Assembly: GCA_964607485.1 (NCBI GenBank)
Contig: CAZSKP010000023.1
Location: 1 to 64,000, forward strand
Origin: an uncultured bacterium
GTDB lineage: Bacteria > Abyssobacteria > SURF-5
DNA length: 64,000 bases
Direction of reading: 5' to 3'
Below are positions 30,401 to 37,325 of the stretch, one piece after another (within the stretch, counting starts at the first letter, position 1; every line of letters starts with the position of its first letter). The notes beneath the pieces were generated by a model. The model worked only from the letters and a program-made list of their open reading frames with translations, was not told the DNA's origin and made no database searches. The translations under genes and the position numbers were made by a program.

Positions 30401-30869
30401 ATCCGCAGATTGCGCAGATTCTCACAGATTTCTCCGTTTCAATTCCGCCACTTTTCCATTTCCATGGATGAATCTTCTAAACTCCAATGAGGCGGCGCCG
30501 AAGTTAAGCAATAGACCGACTTCCTTCTTTGCCGCTTTCAAATAATTGATGACCTGAGATTCTTCGTTTGGAGTCAATCTTGAAAGTGCCTTGATTTCAA
30601 CTACGACAGAATCGGAAGCCAAAAAATCGGGACTGTACTTTTTCTTCAAGAAGATATCCTTATATCGGATTTCGATCTGCGGCTCATCGGAATATGAAAC
30701 GCCTTTTCGTGTCATCTCAATCCCAAGAGCTTCGTGATATACTGGCTCAAGGAAGCCCGGTCCAAGCTCCTTGTGCACTTCCATTGCAGCGCCTATAACC
30801 TCATAAGTGATTTCTGCAAATGGGTACTTGTCCATATTCAATCTGTGCAAATCTGCGTAATCTGCGGAT
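30401..30869. mobile_element. Putative cassette: 30-bp inverted repeats enclosing a GxxExxY gene
   Basis: Arms 30401-30430 and 30840-30869, 27/30 complementary; interior about 45% GC by hand count (30481-30780); mobility is inferred. Confidence 0.6.
30422..30835 (-). CDS. GxxExxY protein (PD-(D/E)XK nuclease-like)
   Basis: IGAAMEVHKELGPGFLEPVY, PDFL...VVVEIKA, QVINYLKA, GLLLNFG. Confidence 0.95.
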   Translation of the reverse strand: MDKYPFAEITYEVIGAAMEVHKELGPGFLEPVYHEALGIEMTRKGVSYSDEPQIEIRYKDIFLKKKYSPDFLASDSVVVEIKALSRLTPNEESQVINYLKAAKKEVGLLLNFGAASLEFRRFIHGNGKVAELKRRNL

Positions 30870-30880
30870 TATCATCCCGT

Positions 30881-32938
30881 TCATCTTGCCGTTGAGAGCC
30901 AGACGGTGGTGCTGAGAATGACCGGCTCGAGCGTTTGCTGCGGGTCTTGGACCGCGATGGTGATGCGCACGGCCTTCGGCAGCGTGTCGTCGTCGGGGTC
31001 GGCCTCGTCGGGCTCGTCGATTCCCTCGGGCTTGCCCGCCGGCTCGTAGAACCGGTCATCGACCATGTTGTCGGAGTCGTCGTCCAATAAGTCGTTTGTT
31101 TCGTCAACGACCGTTCCCGTGTTGTCGGACTCGGGCGTGGCATAATCGATAAGCTGTCCGTCCGACAGGGTGATGAGCGTTCCGGTTCCATCATAATGGG
31201 TGTTGAGTCTGTCGTCGTTTTGACCATCCTGATCATCATCGGTGCTGTTGTATGCGATGCCGGAGCCCGCGCTCCCATCTCCGTAATCGTAATCATCGTC
31301 CCATCCGTTCAGCTCACTCGCCCTTCTCGGATTGCGCGGGTCGGGTGAGCGGCTGTCCCAAATGCCCATCACGCGGCTGTCGAGCCGCTTGTTGCCCTCG
31401 CCGATGCTCGTCTCGGAGGTGGTGCCGTCGTTGTCGCTCACGTTGTTCGGGATATCAGAGCCGCCATCGTCGAGCGGATCGTTGACGATCCCGTCGGCGC
31501 CGAGGTCCTCGGGGAACACAGGGTTCGACACGGTACCCGTGTTGTCGAGGATTCCGTTCGCCTGTGTCGGCTCGATGATACGATAATTTACCGTGCCACT
31601 TGTTCCCGTGTAAGGACGATTCAACTGCAGATTACCTGACACGATGTCAGTGATTGCATAAACATCATTATTGGGATCGGCGGTGTCGAATGTATAACCC
31701 GTGGGAGGCGAGGAAGGCCAGACCATGAATGTTCCTCCAACGAGTTTGGTGAGCGTCGCGGGCCAGACGGGAACATCGATGGTGTCTGGAGCTACTTGAT
31801 CGCTGCCCTTGGTCACTTGTACTTTACCGCTCTTTATCGCAAGCGGGCCCAAATCGTTCGAGTCACTCAATTCCCCTTCACAATCCGTCCCCATGTCCTC
31901 TCCCCGAACATCCTGGTATCCCCAGCCGACGCCCCAGACCTCGGGCGAGCCATCGGATTTCAACGCGATTGCGATCTTTCCGTAGAACTCAAGCTGGAGG
32001 TCGTAGATGTATGAGCCGATGCTCTCGCCGTCGTTCGACGACAGAAAATCATTAAAGTCTCGGGCGGGGTAGCGGCCCTGTGTCGTGCCGGTCGGCAACT
32101 CGTTGGCGGTTTGCCTATTGTTGACGGAAAACGGATTCTTATCGGGTGTGATATCGAGCCCGCGGCTCAGTTGGAACAGAGAGAGGCCTTTTATCTTCCT
32201 GGTCACGGGATTGAAGTCGTCCTTGTGGCCCATCGGTATCAGGTCGCCAAGACCGGTGAGGCCGCCCGCGCCCGGCGGGGTGTAGTCAGATGCGTCGACC
32301 AAACTGTCATAGTCGTTATCCACGTCGTCGATGAACGTCTCGGTGGTGACGATGTAGCGCACCTCTGCCAGCCGCGATTGATTACTGGTGTTGCCGGGGA
32401 AAAGGCGCGTGAAGCAGGTGAAGTCGAGCCTGTCGGGCGGGCCGGGTGACAGTGTGTAGATATCGCTGATGGCTTTGATCGACAGCGTGGTGTATATGGG
32501 AGCGCCGAAACCGCTGTCGGCATACAGCCTGAACACCTCGATGCCTGTTGGGTCGACGCCGTGAGGAGTCTGGGCGTTGCCGAGGCCGCGGTATGTGATG
32601 TTGTAAGTTCCGGGCGGGTTTTCGTAATATTCCAGGATGCTGCTTCCCCGGCCGGCCAGGCCGTCGGCGCTTATGAATATGAAATCGCGGTTGCGGTTGT
32701 CGATGTATGCGTTCTTAATCTCCCCGGCCATGATGTCGAGCGCGACGCGCGCATTCTGGTAAATCTGCTCGCGGGCCTCGCCGATGGCGGCGCTGCGCTG
32801 GGTGGTCTGGAACGCGGCAATGACGCCGAGTATGAGTATGCTCGCTATCGCCACCGCGACGAGCAGCTCAACGAGAGTGACGCCCTTTTGACCGCGACTA
32901 CTCACGGACCGAGGTCCTTTCCCAACTTTGGATTCCAC
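30881..32938 (-). CDS. PilW/GspJ-like minor pilin, 685 aa
   Basis: G-VTLVELLVAVAI prepilin motif, QNARVALD, C-terminal LPKAVRITI. Confidence 0.88.
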   Translation of the reverse strand: MESKVGKGPRSVSSRGQKGVTLVELLVAVAIASILILGVIAAFQTTQRSAAIGEAREQIYQNARVALDIMAGEIKNAYIDNRNRDFIFISADGLAGRGSSILEYYENPPGTYNITYRGLGNAQTPHGVDPTGIEVFRLYADSGFGAPIYTTLSIKAISDIYTLSPGPPDRLDFTCFTRLFPGNTSNQSRLAEVRYIVTTETFIDDVDNDYDSLVDASDYTPPGAGGLTGLGDLIPMGHKDDFNPVTRKIKGLSLFQLSRGLDITPDKNPFSVNNRQTANELPTGTTQGRYPARDFNDFLSSNDGESIGSYIYDLQLEFYGKIAIALKSDGSPEVWGVGWGYQDVRGEDMGTDCEGELSDSNDLGPLAIKSGKVQVTKGSDQVAPDTIDVPVWPATLTKLVGGTFMVWPSSPPTGYTFDTADPNNDVYAITDIVSGNLQLNRPYTGTSGTVNYRIIEPTQANGILDNTGTVSNPVFPEDLGADGIVNDPLDDGGSDIPNNVSDNDGTTSETSIGEGNKRLDSRVMGIWDSRSPDPRNPRRASELNGWDDDYDYGDGSAGSGIAYNSTDDDQDGQNDDRLNTHYDGTGTLITLSDGQLIDYATPESDNTGTVVDETNDLLDDDSDNMVDDRFYEPAGKPEGIDEPDEADPDDDTLPKAVRITIAVQDPQQTLEPVILSTTVWLSTAR

Positions 32939-32949
32939 GAAAGACTCTC

Positions 32950-33124
32950 ATCCGCAGATCTCACAGATTTTCACAAATGTCCCCTCAGCAAGAGTCATCA
33001 ATCAGACGCTCACGGAACCACCAAGGCACAAAGGCACAAAGAAAAACTCTCCTTTTCTTCTACTTCGTGTCTTGGTGCCTTTGTGGTTCATTTTTGTCTG
33101 CGCCAATCTGCGTAATCTGCGGAT
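32950..33124. repeat. 30-bp CRCAGAT-type inverted-repeat pair, no gene cargo
   Basis: Arms 32950-32979 and 33095-33124. Confidence 0.85.
33015..33089. repeat. Nested 27-bp CACNAAG-type (8-bp period) inverted-repeat pair
   Basis: GAACCACCAAGGCACAAAGGCACAAAG / CTTCGTGTCTTGGTGCCTTTGTGGTTC, 23/27 complementary, 21-nt loop. Confidence 0.88.
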
Positions 33125-33135
33125 TCCCTCATCTC

Positions 33136-34206
33136 TTATCTAAACTGGTTGGGGATGGAGGCGCTGAAGCTGGCGGCGCGGTCCTGGCCGCCCTCGCGCC
33201 AGCCGACGGTGACCGTTACCTTCTGTATGAAATCGTCCGGCCATGCGTCTATCTGCCCGTTGCCCTCGCTGCCGTTCGGGTCGACCTCGATGAGTGAATC
33301 AGTCCCGTTGGTATACCAATAGTACGATGGCGGACCGGCATATGACCTATACGCATATTTGTTGTCGCCGTGCGGGTCGGTCGATCCGTTGAAGCCGGTT
33401 TCGCCGATTCGGTCGGGGCCCGCCTGGTATCCGGCCGTTCCCGTGCCGATCGAGCTCATGTCTGAATCCCAGAAATCCGGCACGAGGTCCAAGCCGGTAT
33501 CCTCTTGTACGCGTTCCTGAATTCCATAAGCTGAGAGGTCTCGAACCGTTCCATCGGGCAATCGTCCCTCAAGGATGCCGTTCAGATTCTGGTCTTCTGT
33601 CATGGGCGCGCGCATTGCGTACCAGTAATAAGGAACGCCCCCGCGCATCTCGAGGTTGATAAGTATCTTGTCGCCGGCGGCGAATTCGTCGTAATCCTTG
33701 TCGTAAACGGGACTGTAAACGCTGGCCAGGTCGGGGCCGTCCTCGTTGTTGTACAGGATGAACGCGATGGAGTTATCGGTTGAAGTGTATATCGCATCCA
33801 CCTGTCCGGCGGGCGTGAGGGGTCCCCTGATAGAGTTCGTCACCGTGAAGTCTGTGGCGCTCGTGAAATCTATCCGCCACCACTGCTCCTGCGCCGGCTC
33901 GGTCGGGAAGCGGAGGGGCGAGAGGTAGCCCTTCACGGCCGAGACGGGGAGCTCGAAGTAGCCGAGGCCGTTGCCGTTGACCTCTCCGAAGCCCCTGTCG
34001 CTCGGGTCGTACAACTGCGTTGCGGCGCGGATGTCGTCGAGTGCCTGCTGGCCGATGAACGAGGCGGTCGTGAAGTCGCCCGCCAGGCGTGAGGACCGCA
34101 GCCCGACGGGAAAGAGCGTCACGAGCGCAATCAGGCCGACCCCGATGATGGCCATCGAGATGAGCACCTCGATGAGTGTGAAGCCTCTTGAAGCCGGCGA
34201 TTTCAT
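33136..34206 (-). CDS. PilV/GspI-like minor pilin
   Basis: G-FTLIEVLISMAII; C-terminal KVTVTVGW. Confidence 0.88.
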   Translation of the reverse strand: MKSPASRGFTLIEVLISMAIIGVGLIALVTLFPVGLRSSRLAGDFTTASFIGQQALDDIRAATQLYDPSDRGFGEVNGNGLGYFELPVSAVKGYLSPLRFPTEPAQEQWWRIDFTSATDFTVTNSIRGPLTPAGQVDAIYTSTDNSIAFILYNNEDGPDLASVYSPVYDKDYDEFAAGDKILINLEMRGGVPYYWYAMRAPMTEDQNLNGILEGRLPDGTVRDLSAYGIQERVQEDTGLDLVPDFWDSDMSSIGTGTAGYQAGPDRIGETGFNGSTDPHGDNKYAYRSYAGPPSYYWYTNGTDSLIEVDPNGSEGNGQIDAWPDDFIQKVTVTVGWREGGQDRAASFSASIPNQFR

Positions 34207-34212
34207 TTTCTC

Positions 34213-34294
34213 AACCACGGATTCGCACGGATTTCTTCAGAGCATCCACTAAGGGCGCGAAGGACCACGAAGGAAACACTTCGTGAGCTTCGTG
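34213..34294. repeat. CACGGAT-type arm plus CRCGAAG-type hairpin
   Basis: AACCACGGATTCGCACGGATT at 34213; CACTAAG-gg-CGCGAAG-gac-CACGAAG against CTTCGTG-ag-CTTCGTG. Confidence 0.7.
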
Positions 34295-34343
34295 AACAAA
34301 TCTTTGCAACCGTAAAGCGCAAGCCGTAGGCGGTAGCACCCAT

Positions 34344-35159
34344 TTATGATTCGCCGTCCTTCTTCCGGTCCCAGCCGCTGCCGCTTCCGTCGTCCCACGC
34401 ATAATCATACACCTTCACGCCGCCGGTGATCGGGTTGACCACAAGCGTGTAGTAATAGATATCGGTGGGTGAGTCGGAGCTGGGAAGCGAGAAGAACACC
34501 TGCTGATTGCTGGCGTTATTGATAACGAGCCCGGGCGGCACGCCGAGCGCATTGATGTTGGAGAGGGCCTGGGCGGCGGTTCCGCCGGGAATCTCCCTTC
34601 TGTCATCCTGGACGTTCCACAGGTAGATTTCGGCCGAGTCAGCCGTTCCCGTGGGCTGAAATTTGACGAGGTGATAAACGAGATTGACAATGCCGTTGGT
34701 TGCGGACGGAACGCCTGCGGAATCTACCTGGGGATTGAAGAGGGTATCGGTTTCCAACGGTGGCACCGTCCACACGTCTTCTGATCCGTTCAGGTTGACG
34801 TCGTCGGTCCTGGTGATATCCAGGTAGGTCCATCCGGGAGTGGTCACAGCCACGACGGCGATGTGATCGGCGAGCTTGTGCGCCTGACCTACCTGAGCCC
34901 ATGTCGTACCTGTCCATCTCATCTCCACGAACTCCGCGGGTATCGAATATATGTCGAGAGCCAGTGCTCTCAGTTCTCCCTTTGTTATCGCCTCACGCCG
35001 CGCGGCGCGAAGCGCGGACGTTATGTCACTCGCCGCGGCTTTGAGTCCGGCGCCCTGCTGCTGAAAAACGAATCGAGGGACAACGATGGCCATCATGAGC
35101 GTGATGATGGCCACCACGACCAACAGCTCGGCGAATGTGTAGCCTCTGCTGTCTTTCAT
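34344..35159 (-). CDS. FimT/GspH-like minor pilin
   Basis: G-YTFAELLVVVAII, LRAARREAI, KFQPTG, VVNPITGGVK. Confidence 0.88.
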   Translation of the reverse strand: MKDSRGYTFAELLVVVAIITLMMAIVVPRFVFQQQGAGLKAAASDITSALRAARREAITKGELRALALDIYSIPAEFVEMRWTGTTWAQVGQAHKLADHIAVVAVTTPGWTYLDITRTDDVNLNGSEDVWTVPPLETDTLFNPQVDSAGVPSATNGIVNLVYHLVKFQPTGTADSAEIYLWNVQDDRREIPGGTAAQALSNINALGVPPGLVINNASNQQVFFSLPSSDSPTDIYYYTLVVNPITGGVKVYDYAWDDGSGSGWDRKKDGES

Positions 35160-35170
35160 AGTTTTTATTT

Positions 35171-35416
35171 CACCCGCGAAAATCTGCACATCATGCGGAT
35201 TCATTTCAATAATACACCGGGTCCGGCGCGTGAGCACCGCCGTAGAGATGCTCGATTCACCCGGACCCGGTGTTACCCGGGGAAAGGGCTCTTTATGAAA
35301 ACATTTTGGATTTTGGATTTTGGATTAACCTCCGTCGTGTATTTATCGCCTCTTTCCCGTCTCCGCTTGCCTCGCGTGCTTCGCGCAGTTGCGGCAAAAT
35401 CCGTAATCCGCAATCG
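35171..35416. repeat. Cluster of palindromic elements
   Basis: Degenerate 30-bp arm 35171-35200; 13-bp perfect stem 35214-35226/35261-35273; (ATTTTGG)x3 at 35303-35323 against AAAATCC-GTAATCC-GCAATCG at 35396-35416. Confidence 0.75.
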
Positions 35417-35419
35417 AGA

Positions 35420-36673
35420 TCATCCGCCGTAGCTGGCATGGTCACGCCACGGACGCTTGTTGTTCCAACTGTTTATGTCGTCGCCGCCGATGTCGAGCTG
35501 ATCCTTAGTGTTATAGTGATACTTAGTAGCGACGCCGGGGAAATACCCGAAATCTTCGGTACGTATATCAGCGCCAGTACCGGAGGTGAGTTCTCCGTCG
35601 TCTTCCCCGGTGTCCTTCGTGCCCGGAATGCCGTCTAGTCCGGTATCCTCATAGCCCGTGTCCAGGGATGTATCCGAGTCAAGGTCTTCGTCGAAGGTGC
35701 CCGGAGCATCATCGACGTTGAGAAGAGGATGCTGCGCATCGCTTCCGTCGTTGACGATGTAGTTGAGGTTTATATCCTCATAGCCCGTCGCCGTCTCGTC
35801 CTTCTTGTTTCGGCCGATGCAGTAGATGTAGTAGCCGACATTTCGCGCGAGTCCGTCCGGAGAGATGTCCTTGTTTCCGTATTCAAGCACAACCGGCGAG
35901 CCGGAGGTTATTTGGTATCTTTGAATCACTCCGTCCTTGTTATCATCGTCTCCGTGGTCCAGTATTCCGTTCCCGGCGCCCGCTTTCATGTCGAGGAAAC
36001 TCACGAGCGGCGCGACGGCCGTCGTACGAACCTGCGTTGTATTAGAAGTATCAAAGTCGGCGATTCCGATATCCTCTCCCGGGTCGAGCCGACCGTTTTC
36101 GTTTGCGTCCTCGGAAGTGATGAGGTCACCGGTATCGCCCGGGTTGATCCACAGGAAATCCGATGCTGCGCTCGTGCCCTCCGGCCTGCGCATGGGCGCA
36201 TAATAGACGTACCGGCTACCCCACGGGTCGAGAGGGATTTCCTTCAGGTATGGGCCGCTCTTCGCCGTGGTCTTAAGGGCCCACTCGAGGTCGAGGATGT
36301 TTATGACTCCGTCGCCGTGGTCGAGCCGACCATTCGGAGGGGAAAGGGGGTCACCATTGTTCTGACAAGCGTAGTCGGGTTCACCGTCACCGTTTATGTC
36401 AACGCCTATGTCCTCGCCGGGGTCGAGTTTCCCGTTGTTGTTTATGTCCTCCGTCGGGAACACATCGCCGGGATAGGTTCCGAAGTCGGCATGGTAGGCT
36501 GCCAGCGCCGCCTCTATTTCGGCTATCTGGTCCTCGGCCGCATTCATGCGCGCTCTCGTGAGCCGGCCGGCTAAGTTGGGAACGACTATTGAGATGAGAA
36601 GAACAATGATTGCGACAACCACCAGGAGTTCGGTGAGGGTGAATCCGCGGCTGTCCCCGTGCGCACGAGGCAT
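35420..36673 (-). CDS. GspG-like major (pseudo)pilin with Asp-rich insertions
   Basis: G-FTLTELLVVVAII, ALAAYHADFGTYP, GPYLKEIPLDPWG, DDINSW; AAGGAG RBS (alternative start 36679). Confidence 0.88.
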   Translation of the reverse strand: MPRAHGDSRGFTLTELLVVVAIIVLLISIVVPNLAGRLTRARMNAAEDQIAEIEAALAAYHADFGTYPGDVFPTEDINNNGKLDPGEDIGVDINGDGEPDYACQNNGDPLSPPNGRLDHGDGVINILDLEWALKTTAKSGPYLKEIPLDPWGSRYVYYAPMRRPEGTSAASDFLWINPGDTGDLITSEDANENGRLDPGEDIGIADFDTSNTTQVRTTAVAPLVSFLDMKAGAGNGILDHGDDDNKDGVIQRYQITSGSPVVLEYGNKDISPDGLARNVGYYIYCIGRNKKDETATGYEDINLNYIVNDGSDAQHPLLNVDDAPGTFDEDLDSDTSLDTGYEDTGLDGIPGTKDTGEDDGELTSGTGADIRTEDFGYFPGVATKYHYNTKDQLDIGGDDINSWNNKRPWRDHASYGG

Positions 36674-36944
36674 TTTCATTCTCCTTTCGTGGCCCTTTTC
36701 TCGAGAATCGGCCCGATTGTGAAACCCCATCTGGGGTTATTTAACATATAAAAGCCCATTTAGGGAACTCCGACCTCCGAAGCACCGCAATGAGTGAGAT
36801 ACCCCACGTACTGAGCCAATCTCTGTGTGGAACAGTCACATCTGTCTCTGGTCAAAACAGTTGCGTCACCAGCCCCTTCTCTCAAGGTCGAGTGCACAAG
36901 TTGTGGGCATGATGCAAGTCCCACCTACCCACCTTCTTAATCCG

Positions 36945-36960
36945 AGCAATTAATGTGCCA
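36945..36960 (-). promoter_or_regulatory. Sigma-54 (-24/-12) promoter of pilin operon
   Basis: TGGCAC-ATTAA-TTGCT on minus strand. Confidence 0.8.
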
Positions 36961-37325
36961 CGATTACGACCGCGAGAGCAACGGTTTATAGACATCTGCA
37001 AGTATATCAAAAACAACAGCTTACATTCGTAGGAAAACAGGGCTGCAATCATCGCGCGCTCGGTGGGCCGGCCCCTTGACATCCTGCGAGTAGCATTTTG
37101 ACCAGCGCCTTTGTCGTTTTATATGTAAGCAACTGATGACAAGGTTCTTATGACATGATGTATTCCGACCCGTTCTGTGGCTTGTTCTGATACACGAACT
37201 CCTTTCCCTCGGTCGTTTGCGGGTTTCGACGGAATCAGAAAGCCGGAAAGAAAAGAAGACGCTCCCGCAGAGGCCGCGCCACGGCCTCGGGGAGCGCTCA
37301 GACGTTTTCAGACTGAGGGCTTGGT

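Noticed and set aside
30401-30869. Classical IS element or shufflon
   Set aside because: No DDE/HUH transposase or site-specific recombinase and no clear target duplication; all pilin genes are co-oriented.
32928-33297. ORFs with PQISQIF / ICVICG / HQGTKAQR peptides (also 25154-25354, 25365-25583, 30838-31296)
   Set aside because: These are translations of the repeat arms, or alternative or antisense frames of real genes.
25327-35416. Repeats as a CRISPR array or integron attC array
   Set aside because: They are inverted pairs separated by whole genes, with no constant spacers, no GTTRRRY/RYYYAAC ends, and no cas or integrase gene in the window.
25601-36673. Diversity-generating retroelement acting on pilins
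   Set aside because: No reverse transcriptase, and I noticed no TR/VR pair differing at adenines; repeated modules are similar only at protein level.
36824-36859. Two TGT-N11-ACA motifs as pilin enhancers
   Set aside because: They lie downstream of the sigma-54 promoter and share little internal sequence; too weak to call.
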